From Solirubrobacteraceae bacterium (GTDB lineage Bacteria; Actinomycetota; Thermoleophilia; Solirubrobacterales; Solirubrobacteraceae): a stretch of DNA of 64,000 bases. Positions 10,106 to 19,818 of the stretch are shown piece after piece (within the stretch, counting starts at the first letter, position 1; each line of letters opens with the position of its first letter). The position numbers and the translations under genes were made by a program. The stretch lies in NCBI GenBank assembly GCA_036509655.1, contig DATCFG010000031.1, positions 21,665 through 85,664 of the forward strand. Reading direction: 5' to 3'. A model generated the notes under the pieces. That model had not been told where the DNA came from. It saw only the letters and a list, made by a program, of their open reading frames with translations, and ran no database searches.

Positions 10106-11006
10106 ACCGCGCCTGACCTGGAACCTCGCGCATGACGTCAGCGAGGTGCTCGAATATCACTTCATGGTCAACGCGCTGCTGGCGGGCAGCGTGGTCGCGG
10201 TGATGGCGGGGCTGCTCGGCTGGCTGATGGTCCTGCGCAAGGAGACGTTCGCCGGGCACACGCTGTCGATGATGGCCTTCCCGGGCGCGGCCGGCGCGGC
10301 GCTGATTGGCGTGGCGGCGACGTGGGGGTACTTCGTGTTCTGTGTGGCGGGCGGTTTGGTGATCGGACGGTTCTCTGGAGGGGGGCGGGGACGATCGTGG
10401 AGTGAGCAGTCGGCGGTGATCGGCTCCGTGCAGGCGCTCGCGCTGGGGCTGGGCTTTCTGTTCGTGAGCCTGTACGGAGGCGTGCTCGGCGACCTCGACA
10501 ACCTGCTGTTCGGCACGTTCCTCGGCATCTCCGACGGGCAGGTGCTGGTCCTGGTCGCGGTCGCGCTCGTCGCGGTGTCGGCGCTCGCAGTGTTGGGCCG
10601 CCCGCTGTTGTTTGCCTCGGTCGACGCGGATGTCGCGAGCGCGAGGGGTGTGCCGGTCGGGGCGCTCGGGATCGTGTTCCTGGTGCTGCTCGGCCTGGCG
10701 GTGGCGGCGACGGCCCAGATCACGGGCGTGCTGCTCGTGTTCGCGCTCCTGCTGATGCCGGCGGCGAGCGCCCAGGCGATCACGGCGCGACCGGGGCTGA
10801 GCCTCGGGTTGACGGTCGCGATCGGCCTGGTGGTCGTGTGGCTTGGTTTGGGGATCGCCTACTTCTCGCCCTACCCGGCGGGGTTCTTCGTGACGAGCAT
10901 CTCGTTCGCTGTTTACGTCGGTGTTCAGGTCTGGGTGTGGGTGCGAAGCAGGGCACGGAAGGAGACCTACATTGCCGAGCGACCGACGGAGGGCGTGATC
11001 GCCTGA
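10095..11006 (+). CDS. metal ABC transporter permease
   Basis: ABC-3 family pattern (FAGHTLS..AFPGAA, LFG..LGI, GVLLVFALL..PAA). Confidence 0.9.
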   Translation: MSTEPRLTWNLAHDVSEVLEYHFMVNALLAGSVVAVMAGLLGWLMVLRKETFAGHTLSMMAFPGAAGAALIGVAATWGYFVFCVAGGLVIGRFSGGGRGRSWSEQSAVIGSVQALALGLGFLFVSLYGGVLGDLDNLLFGTFLGISDGQVLVLVAVALVAVSALAVLGRPLLFASVDADVASARGVPVGALGIVFLVLLGLAVAATAQITGVLLVFALLLMPAASAQAITARPGLSLGLTVAIGLVVVWLGLGIAYFSPYPAGFFVTSISFAVYVGVQVWVWVRSRARKETYIAERPTEGVIA

Positions 11007-11836
11007 TGTTCTCGCAGGAATTCATGCGCAACGCGCTGCTCGCGGGCACGTTCATCGCGCTCGCCTGCGGAGTGAGCGGCTGGTTCGTCGTGCTGCGCGG
11101 CCAGGTGTTCGCCGGCGACGCGCTCAGCCACGTCGCGTTCCCGGGCGCGCTGGCCGCCGCCGCCGCGGGCCTTGATGAGCGCGTCGGTCTGTTCGGCGCG
11201 ACGATCGCTGTCGGCGCCGGGATCGGCCTGCTCGGCCGGCGCTCATTCGCCGGCGGCCGCGGGACGGCGGGAGCGGCGCCGGCCGGGGACACGGCGATCG
11301 GCGCGGTGTTCACGTTCGTGCTCGGCCTGGGCGTGTTCCTCCTGACGCTGTTCAGCACAAGCTCCGGCGGCGGCTCGGGTATACAGGCGGCACACACGCT
11401 GTTCGGTTCGATCTTCGGCCTCGGCTCCGGCGAAGCGCGCCTGGCGGCCGTGATCGGGCTCGCGGCGGTGGGGCTGATGATCGCGATCGCGCGACCGCTG
11501 CTGTTCGCCTCGGTCTCCCCGGACGTGGCCGGGGCACGGGGCGTGCCGACGAGGCTGCTCGGCATCGGCTTCGTGATGCTGCTCGGGGTCGTCGCGGCCG
11601 AGGCGACGCAGGCCGTGGGCGCGCTTTTGCTGCTCGGCCTGCTCGCCGCCCCGGCCGCGGCAGCGCACAGGCTCGCGGGCAACCCTTACGCCGGGATCGC
11701 GCTCGGAGGACTGCTCGCGGTCGCGGCGATGTGGGGCGGCCTGGCGCTCGGCTACGCGATCCCGGGCCTGCCGCCGAGCACGGCGATCGTGACGCTCGCC
11801 GTCGGGATCTACTACACCTCTACTCTTGTGGCATGA
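11006..11836 (+). CDS. second metal ABC transporter permease
   Basis: FAGDALSHVAFPGA, LFGSIFG, VGALLLLGLLAAPAA; TGATG overlap with the previous gene. Confidence 0.9.
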   Translation: MFSQEFMRNALLAGTFIALACGVSGWFVVLRGQVFAGDALSHVAFPGALAAAAAGLDERVGLFGATIAVGAGIGLLGRRSFAGGRGTAGAAPAGDTAIGAVFTFVLGLGVFLLTLFSTSSGGGSGIQAAHTLFGSIFGLGSGEARLAAVIGLAAVGLMIAIARPLLFASVSPDVAGARGVPTRLLGIGFVMLLGVVAAEATQAVGALLLLGLLAAPAAAAHRLAGNPYAGIALGGLLAVAAMWGGLALGYAIPGLPPSTAIVTLAVGIYYTSTLVA

Positions 11837-11843
11837 GCATTCC

Positions 11844-12374
11844 ATGCCGACACTCTCCGCATCCGAAGGGATGGTCGTGAGCCGCGATCAGATCGTTACC
11901 GACAGCTGGGGCGAGCGCGCCGAGGCGACGCTCGTCGCGGCCGGGCACAAGCGCGGTGGCGCGCGCCGCGCGGTGGTGGAGCTGCTCGACAGTCAGCAAT
12001 GCGCCCTGACGGCGGTCGAGATCGAGGACGCGCTGCGGGGCGGGGCAGACGGGACGGAGGGGACGGAGGGGGCGGACGGAACACGAGCACGGCGCCGGGT
12101 GAGCCGCGCGAGCGTCTACCGGATCCTCGACGAGCTCGAGCAACTGCGGCTCGTGCAGCGCGTGGAGACCGGCCAGACGATGGTTCGCTACGAGCGCGTG
12201 TGCGAGCACGAGGAGCACCACCACCATCTCGTCTGCGACGAGTGCGGCGTCGTGATGCCCTTCTCCGACAAGGCCCTGGAGAGCGCGATCGAGACGCTCA
12301 GCGAGCGCGTCCCGCTGAAGGTGTCCGAGCACGAGATCGTGCTGCACGGGTCGTGTCGGGACTGCGCGGCGTAA
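11844..12374 (+). CDS. Fur-family transcriptional regulator (probable Zur)
   Basis: VSRASVYRILDEL, HHHHLVCDECG, C-terminal GSCRDC; ends a Zn ABC operon; start uncertain. Confidence 0.9.
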   Translation: MPTLSASEGMVVSRDQIVTDSWGERAEATLVAAGHKRGGARRAVVELLDSQQCALTAVEIEDALRGGADGTEGTEGADGTRARRRVSRASVYRILDELEQLRLVQRVETGQTMVRYERVCEHEEHHHHLVCDECGVVMPFSDKALESAIETLSERVPLKVSEHEIVLHGSCRDCAA

Positions 12375-14382
12375 CCGCCACGTCCCCCGGCCGGCCCCAG
12401 AGATAGCTGAGCACACACCCGAGCACGCCGACGGCGACCACGAGCAGCACCGGGCCGGAGTCCTCGGAGAGCGCGCCGATCACCCCCGCGGTGAGGCCGC
12501 CGGCGAGCGCGGCGAGCCAGCCCGGGTCGCAGCCGACGGGTGCGAGCAGGCGCCGGTGGTGGCGCACGGCGAGCGCGGAGAGGACGAGCGCGAGCGCGGT
12601 CGCCAGCGGCATCGCGCCGTGGATGAGCTCGTCATAGGCGGCGCTGTAGCGGCGGACGACGATGTCGCGGATTTCGCCGGGGGAGTGGGCGTGCAGCACG
12701 CTGCCGGTGTAGTGGCCGCTGCCGTGCGCGGTGGTGAGGTCGATCGCCGCGAGCACCACCAGGCCGACGACGGGGCTGATCAGCACGATCAGGCCGCGCT
12801 TGCGCGTAAGGCGCCCCGCCGATCGTCCGGGATCGGGCAGCAGCAACACGGTGGCGACAGCCGTGCCGGCGCACACGAGAATCACGCCGCCGACGCCCGC
12901 TCCGATCCGCGCCGAGCCCTCGATCGCCGCGAGCACGATCCCGCACACGGCGATCGTGCTCGCCGCCCGCCGTCCCCGTACCGCCGGGTAGAGCGCGGCG
13001 GCGACGGCGGTGAAGACGAGCACGGCGAGCCACGACTTGAGCTCGTTGCCGATCCCGTAGAGGCGCACGCCGAGCTCCGGGTTGGGCCCGAGCAGCGCGC
13101 GCACGAGCAGCTGCGTGCCGGCGAGCGCGTCGACGGTGAGCGCCACGACCGCCACGAGCGCGGGCGCCAGCGGAGCGCGGGGCCATCGCAGCAGCCGGTC
13201 GGTGAGCGCGGCGAGGCCGAAGCAGAGCAGCACGAGCAGCGCGTATTCGACCCCGCGGCCGGGCGAGAAGGCCGCCGGGACGAGCACCGCCGCCGGCGTC
13301 CACAGCAGCGCCAGCCCGCCCACGCGCGCCGCCCACGCGCGCGCGCGGCGGCGCCGCAGCGAGAGCGCGGCGAGCATCAGCAGCGCCCAGGCGCCGAGCA
13401 GGCAGAGCAGCGCGGGCAGTCGCCGGGCGTAGATCACGAGCAGGCGCGCTTTGAACGAGCGCAGGTAGGCGCCGTCGAAGGAGCCGTCCAGCTCGATCGG
13501 TTTGCCGCGCATCTCCTCCGGAACGCGCCGGCCGAGGTGGCGGAGGATCGTCGGCGCGAGATCGATCGAGAGGACCAGGCCGCGCTCGTTCGTGCTCTGA
13601 GAGCTGAGCCCGTGCCCTCCGCCGAGACCGCCGACCGATACCCACAGCAGTTCGTTGCCGGGCGCGTCTGCCGCGCGCTCCACGGCGATCTCGAGCTCCT
13701 TGGCTCCCCGCGCGGCGCTCAGGGCGCGCAGATCGCTCAACCCGCTTGCGCCAGCCGGGAGGTCTGCCACTACGAGCTGCTTGCGTGTCGTCAACGCGGC
13801 GATGCGCGCCGGCAGCGTCGCCGCCGAGCCGAGCGACAGCGCCGCGATCCGGCCGCCGCGGCCGGCCGCCGAGATCCCGTCCAGGTCGTTCTCCCCGGTG
13901 ATCCCCGCGTAGCCGGCGCCACCGGGGATCTGTGCGGCGAGCAGCCCCGGTTCGAGGACCTGCGGTGCGCCGTCCGCGCGGCGCAGTGCGGCCTGCCAGT
14001 GCGCGACGACGGCGCTTGCGCCTGCGCCTGCGCCGGCGCCGGCGCCGCGCGCGAGCAGCGATAGGGGCGGGGGATGCTGGGGGTCATAGGCCGAGGTCGA
14101 GACGCGCGAGCCCTGGGTGATGTCGAGCGCCAGCTGGGCGGTCGTATAGGTGCCCTGCGCCCCGCTCATGATCCCCGTCGAGAGCGACGGCACGCTCGCG
14201 AGCTGCTCGCTGGTGGCGCCGGGCAGGAACAGGATCACCGCCGTGGGGCGGGCGATCGAGGTGCGGGCCGCGGTCGCCGGCCCCACGGCCGCGAAGGCAT
14301 GCGCGGACGCCCAGAGCGCCAGGATCGACAGGAGCGCCGCGCACCCCAGCGCGGCCGGCGCCCCCCGGCGGAGTCGGCTCAG
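12298..14382 (-). CDS. large membrane protein with alkaline-phosphatase-like extracellular remnant and multi-TM C-terminus
   Basis: Signal peptide, IDLAPTILRHLG, then many TM segments with LGVRLYGIGNE; start uncertain (possible CTG overlapping the MMPL stop). Confidence 0.7.
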   Translation of the reverse strand: MSRLRRGAPAALGCAALLSILALWASAHAFAAVGPATAARTSIARPTAVILFLPGATSEQLASVPSLSTGIMSGAQGTYTTAQLALDITQGSRVSTSAYDPQHPPPLSLLARGAGAGAGAGASAVVAHWQAALRRADGAPQVLEPGLLAAQIPGGAGYAGITGENDLDGISAAGRGGRIAALSLGSAATLPARIAALTTRKQLVVADLPAGASGLSDLRALSAARGAKELEIAVERAADAPGNELLWVSVGGLGGGHGLSSQSTNERGLVLSIDLAPTILRHLGRRVPEEMRGKPIELDGSFDGAYLRSFKARLLVIYARRLPALLCLLGAWALLMLAALSLRRRRARAWAARVGGLALLWTPAAVLVPAAFSPGRGVEYALLVLLCFGLAALTDRLLRWPRAPLAPALVAVVALTVDALAGTQLLVRALLGPNPELGVRLYGIGNELKSWLAVLVFTAVAAALYPAVRGRRAASTIAVCGIVLAAIEGSARIGAGVGGVILVCAGTAVATVLLLPDPGRSAGRLTRKRGLIVLISPVVGLVVLAAIDLTTAHGSGHYTGSVLHAHSPGEIRDIVVRRYSAAYDELIHGAMPLATALALVLSALAVRHHRRLLAPVGCDPGWLAALAGGLTAGVIGALSEDSGPVLLVVAVGVLGCVLSYLWGRPGDVAVTPRSPDTTRAARSRARTPSAGRAR

Positions 14383-16760
14383 CCGTCCACTCCCTCGGTG
14401 GCGACGTCGGGCCACGGACGCAGCGAGCTGTGCGTCGCCTCCTCCTCGTGCGCTCCCGTGCCGGCGATCGCGCCGCCCTCGATGTTGATGCGCGGCAGCA
14501 GCCGGTCGAGCCATGCGGGGGTCCGCCACGTGCGCGCGCCGACGATCGTCAGCACCGCCGGCAGCAGCAGGCAGCGGATCACGAGCGCGTCGAGGAACAC
14601 GGCGCTGGCGAGGCTCAGCCCGAACTCCTTGATGATCCGGTTTTCGCCGAGCATGAACGAGAGGAACACGCAGACCATGATCGCGGCGGCCGCGGTGACG
14701 ACGCGCCCGGTCAGCGCGAGGCCCTCCTGCACCGCGCGCTGATCATCGCCGGTGCGCACCCAGCGCTCGTGGATGCGCGAGACGAGGAACACCTCGTAGT
14801 CCATCGACAGGCCGAACACGATCGCGAACAGCATCACCGGGATGAACGACTCGATCGGGCCCTGCTGGACGCCGAACAGCCCGCCGAACCAGCCCCACTG
14901 GAAGATCGCAACGATCACGCCGAGCGAGGCGCCGATCGAGAGCAGGTTCATCACCGCGGCCTGCAGCGGGATCGCGAGCGAGCGGAACACGATCAACAGC
15001 AACAGCGCGCTGAGCAGCACGACGACGCCGATGAACAGCGGCAGCTTGTGCCCGAGCGTGGTCGCGAAGTCGACGGCGCCGGCGGTCACGCCGCCGACGT
15101 AGACGGTCAGGCCGGTGTGCGCCTGAAGCGGCGGGTCGACCTTGTCGCGCAGGCGTTCGACGAGCTGGGTGGTCGCGTAGGCCTGCGGCGAGGAGTGCGG
15201 GTAGACCGTGATCGTCGCGACGTCGCCGGCCGGGTTGAGCTTGGCCGGGGCGACCGAGGCGACGCCGGGCGTGGCGGCGATGCTCGCACGGAGCTGTTCG
15301 ACCGAATCCTTGCCCGCGTGAACGACTTCCGTGCGCAGCACGCCGTTTTCGGCGGCTTCGTGTTTGGGGTTGGGCACCTTCGCGACGATCAGCAGCGGCC
15401 CGTTGAAGCCCTGTCCGAAGCCTTCCGCGAGCAGCTCGTAGGCGCGGTGGGTCGTCTGGCCGGCGGGGTCGTTCGAGGCGTCGCTCGAGCCGAGTCGCAG
15501 TGCGGTCGCCGGCGCCGCGATCAGGAGCATCACGAGCGCCGAGACGATCGCGATGCTCCACGGTTTGCGCTGCACGAACTTGCTCCAGCGCAACCACATG
15601 CCACCCTCGACGACGCTGTCACCGCCACCCGCACCTTTGGTGGCGGTGGGTGTGACGCCGAGGGCATCCTGCGCGGGCGTGCCCGTCGTTGCCGGCACCG
15701 CGGCGGTCGCTGCCCTGGCGGCGCGGCGGCGCGTCCGGCGGCTGGGTCGCGCGACGCGCGCGCCGAAGGTGGTGAGCAGCGCCGGCAGCAGCGTGAGCGA
15801 GGCGAGCATCACGAGCAGCACCCCGATCGAGGCGGAGATCGCCACGCCGTAGAGGAAGCTGACGCCGAGCAGCATCATCCCGAGCAGCGCGATCACGACG
15901 GTGCAGCCCGCGAACAGCACGGCGCGCCCGGCGGTGTCGAGTGCCTGCACGACGGACTCACGCGGGTTCTCGAACGTCGGTCCCGGTGTCGCGTAGGCCT
16001 CGCGGAAGCGCGTGAGGATGAAGAGCGCGTAGTCGATGCCGACGCCGAGCCCGATCATCGCGGCGAGCTCGGAGGAGAAGTTGGGCGTGTCGACCACGTG
16101 CGTGAACAGCGCGATCGCGCCGAGCCCCGTGCCGAGCCCGAACAGGGCCGTGATGATCGGCAGGCCCATCGCCACCACCGAGCCGAACGTGAGCAGCAGC
16201 ACGATGATCGCCGCGAGCAGGCCGACGCCTGTGGACAGGCCGAAGCCCGCCTGCTCGGTCGCCTCGATCGCTTGACCGCCCAGCTCGACCTGCAGGCCCG
16301 GCTGCGCCCCGGCTCGAGCCACCTTGACGACACGTTCGGCCGCGCTTTTAGGCAGGAGGTTCGCTTTTTCGTCGAACACGACCGTCGCGAACGCGATCCG
16401 GCCGTTCGCGGATATCGCCTTACCGGAGGCGGCGCCCGCATAGGGGCTGATCACCGTCGTGACGTGCGGGAGCTTGGCGACCTTGGCAAACGTCGCGTCC
16501 ATCCGCGCGCGCACCGCCGGGGCGAGGACCGTCCCCGAGCTAACCTTGTAGACGATCGTGTCGCGATCGCCCGCCTGCGCGGGAAAGCTGTGCTGGAGCA
16601 GATCGGCCGCGCGCTGGGCGTCGGAGTTGGGCAGCGTGAAGTTATTTGAGTAGCTGGTCCCGGCTGACTGCGCCACGATGTTTACTCCGACCAGCAGCAC
16701 GATCCAGCCGAGGAGCACGTACCTGCGGTGGGTTGTCGACCAGCGGGCGAGCTTGAGCAC
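14379..16760 (-). CDS. MMPL family (RND) transporter
   Basis: GLGVGIDYALF and FGLSMDYEVFL repeats, 12-TM layout. Confidence 0.95.
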   Translation of the reverse strand: MLKLARWSTTHRRYVLLGWIVLLVGVNIVAQSAGTSYSNNFTLPNSDAQRAADLLQHSFPAQAGDRDTIVYKVSSGTVLAPAVRARMDATFAKVAKLPHVTTVISPYAGAASGKAISANGRIAFATVVFDEKANLLPKSAAERVVKVARAGAQPGLQVELGGQAIEATEQAGFGLSTGVGLLAAIIVLLLTFGSVVAMGLPIITALFGLGTGLGAIALFTHVVDTPNFSSELAAMIGLGVGIDYALFILTRFREAYATPGPTFENPRESVVQALDTAGRAVLFAGCTVVIALLGMMLLGVSFLYGVAISASIGVLLVMLASLTLLPALLTTFGARVARPSRRTRRRAARAATAAVPATTGTPAQDALGVTPTATKGAGGGDSVVEGGMWLRWSKFVQRKPWSIAIVSALVMLLIAAPATALRLGSSDASNDPAGQTTHRAYELLAEGFGQGFNGPLLIVAKVPNPKHEAAENGVLRTEVVHAGKDSVEQLRASIAATPGVASVAPAKLNPAGDVATITVYPHSSPQAYATTQLVERLRDKVDPPLQAHTGLTVYVGGVTAGAVDFATTLGHKLPLFIGVVVLLSALLLLIVFRSLAIPLQAAVMNLLSIGASLGVIVAIFQWGWFGGLFGVQQGPIESFIPVMLFAIVFGLSMDYEVFLVSRIHERWVRTGDDQRAVQEGLALTGRVVTAAAAIMVCVFLSFMLGENRIIKEFGLSLASAVFLDALVIRCLLLPAVLTIVGARTWRTPAWLDRLLPRINIEGGAIAGTGAHEEEATHSSLRPWPDVATEGVDG

Positions 16761-16835
16761 TTATGTGATCCTAGTCAGTTGACGCTTGGATCCGAAGGCA
16801 TCCGCGCGATCAGCGAGCCAAGCAAGGAGATACTC

Positions 16836-18230
16836 GTGAGCACAGAAGACTTCGACGTAATCGTCCTCGGCGCCGGCCCCGCCGGCGAGGTTTGCGCTGG
16901 GCGCCTGGCCGACAACGGCCTCTCCGTCGCGCTCGTCGAGCGCGAGCTGGTCGGGGGCGAGTGCTCGTTCTACGCCTGCATGCCCTCCAAGGCGCTCCTG
17001 CGGCCGGCCCAGGCGCTGGCCGAGGCGCGCCGTGTCTCGGGGGCGGCCGAGGCCGCCGGCGGGGAGCTCGACGTCGCCGCCGTGCTGCGCCGACGCGACG
17101 AGGTCGTGCACAACCTCTCAGACGACGCCCAGCTGCCGTGGGTGAAAGAACGCGGGATCACGCTCGTGCGCGGGCAGGGCGCCGTAACGGGAGAGCGGGA
17201 GATCGGCGTCGGCGAGCGACGTCTGCGCGCGCGCAAAGCCGTGATCCTCGCCCCCGGGACGGGCGCCGCGATCCCGCCGATTCCCGGCCTGCGCGAGGCG
17301 CGCCCGTGGACGAACCGCGAGGTGACGACCGCGAAATCGATCCCCGCTTCGCTGCTCGTGCTCGGCGGTGGGGTGGTCGGCGTGGAGATGGCCTGCGCCT
17401 ACGCCTCGCTGGGCGCGAAGGTGACGGTTGTCGAGGCGCTGGGGCGGCTGATCTCAGGCGAGGAGGAGTTCGCCTCCGAGCAGGTCAAGGATGCGCTGGA
17501 AGGTTCCGGGGTGCAGGTCATCCTCGGCGTGAAGGCCACCTCGGTTCAGCGCGAGGCAGGGCAGGGGCCGGTCACGGTCGAGTTGGAAGACAGCCGCTCG
17601 TTCACCGGCGAGGAGCTGCTGTGCGCGATCGGGCGTGTTCCGCACACCGATGGTCTCGGCCTCGAGCAGCTCGGTCTGATGAAGTCGGACCCGCCCACCC
17701 AGTCCGTCGAGGTCGATGACACCATGCGCGTGCCTGGCCACGAGTGGCTGTACGTCGTCGGCGACGCGAACGGCCGCGTGCTGCTGACGCACATGGGCAA
17801 GTACCAGGCGCGCCTCGCCGCCGACCACATCCTCGGCCGCGCGGGTGAGGCGACGGCCCTGCGCTCCGACGGGCGGCTCTCCCCGCGCGTGATCTTCACC
17901 GAGCCGCAGGTCGCCGCCGTCGGGCACACGCTGGCAAGCGCGCGGGAGGCCGGCCTGAATGTGCGTGCGGTCGATACGCCGACAGAGGGCAGCGCCGGCG
18001 GGAGCTTCGTCGGGCACGGCGCGCCCGGGACCGCGCGGATCGTCGTCGACGAGGACCGCCGCGTGATCGTCGGCGCGACGTTCACGGGTATCGACGTCGC
18101 GGAGTCGCTCCACGCCGCCACGATCGCGGTGATCGGCGAGGTGCCGTTGGAGCGGCTGTGGCACGCGGTGCCGTGCTTCCCGACGCGCAGCGAGCTGTGG
18201 CTGTACCTGCTCGAAGCGTACGGGCTGTGA
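16836..18230 (+). CDS. class I pyridine nucleotide-disulfide oxidoreductase
   Basis: GAGPAG, GGECSFYACMPSK, GGGVVGVE; C-terminal FPTRSE; GTG start after an AGGAG RBS. Confidence 0.92.
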   Translation: MSTEDFDVIVLGAGPAGEVCAGRLADNGLSVALVERELVGGECSFYACMPSKALLRPAQALAEARRVSGAAEAAGGELDVAAVLRRRDEVVHNLSDDAQLPWVKERGITLVRGQGAVTGEREIGVGERRLRARKAVILAPGTGAAIPPIPGLREARPWTNREVTTAKSIPASLLVLGGGVVGVEMACAYASLGAKVTVVEALGRLISGEEEFASEQVKDALEGSGVQVILGVKATSVQREAGQGPVTVELEDSRSFTGEELLCAIGRVPHTDGLGLEQLGLMKSDPPTQSVEVDDTMRVPGHEWLYVVGDANGRVLLTHMGKYQARLAADHILGRAGEATALRSDGRLSPRVIFTEPQVAAVGHTLASAREAGLNVRAVDTPTEGSAGGSFVGHGAPGTARIVVDEDRRVIVGATFTGIDVAESLHAATIAVIGEVPLERLWHAVPCFPTRSELWLYLLEAYGL

Positions 18231-18322
18231 GCGCCTCTATATGCTGAGCGGCAGTCGCGATTGAGCCACAGCCGAGTCGCGGCAGAAGTGGCCTCAACTT
18301 AAGCCATCGAAAGGGAGCGGAC

Positions 18323-18787
18323 ATGGCAAAGACCCCGCAGGTAGGCGAGCAGGCACCCGATTTCGAGTTGCCCGGCACCGATGGCCCGTTCAAGCTCTCC
18401 GAGCACCGCGGCGAGCGCGTCGTGCTGCTGTTCTACCCCGGTGACAACACGATGGTCTGCACGAAACAGTTCTGCTCCTACCGCGATCGGGCCGATGACT
18501 TCGCGACGCTCGACGCGACCCTCGTCGGCATCTCCTCCCAGGATCTCGCCTCGCACGAGGGCTTCATCGCCAAGCACGGCCTCAACGTGCCGCTCCTGTC
18601 GGACGTCGATCGGCAGGTTTCGCGGAGCTACAGCGCCTTCTCGCCGCGTCTCGGGATCAAGCGTGCGGTGATCGTGATCGACGAGCAGGGTGTCGTCCGC
18701 GCTCGTCACGACCATCTGCTCGGGTTGGACTACCAGTCGGTGGATGAGCTCAAAGCGATGCTCGACGCGCTGCCCGCGGCGGCGTAG
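18323..18787 (+). CDS. peroxiredoxin (Bcp/PrxQ-like)
   Basis: FYPGDNTMVCTKQFC (PxxxTxxC), RAVIVID. Confidence 0.9.
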   Translation: MAKTPQVGEQAPDFELPGTDGPFKLSEHRGERVVLLFYPGDNTMVCTKQFCSYRDRADDFATLDATLVGISSQDLASHEGFIAKHGLNVPLLSDVDRQVSRSYSAFSPRLGIKRAVIVIDEQGVVRARHDHLLGLDYQSVDELKAMLDALPAAA

Positions 18788-18826
18788 CCAACAGCGCTGT
18801 CCGGAGCTTCTGCTGCGGTAGCTCGA

Positions 18827-19440
18827 TCAGACGCCGGCCCAGAGCGCTTGCAGCGGGATCGCCCAGGTGCGCTTGCCGAACGGCAATGTGTGGGCCCCTG
18901 CGTAGAGGATCGCGCCTGCGACCATGCGCTCGCCCACTCGCTCGCGCAGGTGTCGCAACCCCGCGAAGTCCCCCGCCCGTACGGTGGCGCTCGCCTTGAT
19001 CTCCAGGCCTACGATCTCCCCCGAGGGGCGTTCGACGATCACGTCCACCTCGCGACCGGCTTCGCGGTAGTGCCAGAACGTCAGCGGCTGCTCGAACCAC
19101 GAGGCCTGGCGCTCGAGCTCCGTCGCGACGAACGTCTCGAACAGGGCGCCCGCGAAGCCGTCGTCCTCGCGCACGCGAGAAACGTTCGCTCCCACGAGGG
19201 CGCCAAGCAGCCCGGTGTCGGACAGGTACAGCTTCGGAGCCTTCACCTGCCTGCTTCCCAGGTTCACGTGCCAGGGCTGGCGCACCCGGATGAGAAAGAG
19301 ACGCTCGAGCACGGCTCCGCGGCAAGCTTGCGCGCCAGCGTGCTCTTTCCCGCCTGACGGGGGCCGAGCAGCGCCACCACGCGGGCATAACCCATCGCGT
19401 AGACGACGGTCCCGGCGACATTCCGCTCTACGAACTCCAC
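18827..19440 (-). pseudogene. AAA_14/DUF4143 ATPase with large internal deletion
   Basis: GTG at 19440 with GGAGG RBS gives MEFVERNV...LLGPRQAGKSTLARKLA; this joins out of frame near 19320 to VLERLFLI...KAPKLYLSDTGL...YREAGREVDVI. Confidence 0.85.
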
Positions 19441-19448
19441 GACGCCTC

Positions 19449-19514
19449 CCTTGCTGACTCGGAGAAAGTGGGCTGCTAACTCGGAGTTTACAGGCTGCTA
19501 ACTCGGAATCAGCT
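19449..19514 (+). repeat. three repeats with 22-bp period, core GCT(A/G)ACTCGGA
   Basis: Cores start at 19453, 19475 and 19497. Confidence 0.85.
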
Positions 19515-19818
19515 TTTCGCTTCTGGGGATCGCTGTCATGAGACGAGTTCTGGCGCTAACTGTCTGGATTGCACTGTCTGCCGCGAGCGTTGCAGCGCCA
19601 ACGTTGATCGCGCCGCTGCACGGGGGGACCACCATCGAGTCTTTCGGCGACTTGCAGGTGTGGAGTGATTACAACGCCGAACCGGCCGGGGAATACCTCA
19701 CTACGGTGATTCCGTGCGTCGTACGCCTGAGCGGTCCGATTGCGTTCAGGCCAACACGCCCACCCATCTCGTTTCCGCGCCACGCTCGCAATCACGCGGA
19801 AACACGAGCGTGCAGGTA

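Noticed and set aside
16836-18230. Mercuric reductase MerA
   Set aside because: No C-terminal Cys-Cys pair, no HMA domain, no mer genes nearby.
19449-19514. 22-bp periodic repeats as a CRISPR array
   Set aside because: The period is far too short for repeat plus spacer, and there are no cas genes.
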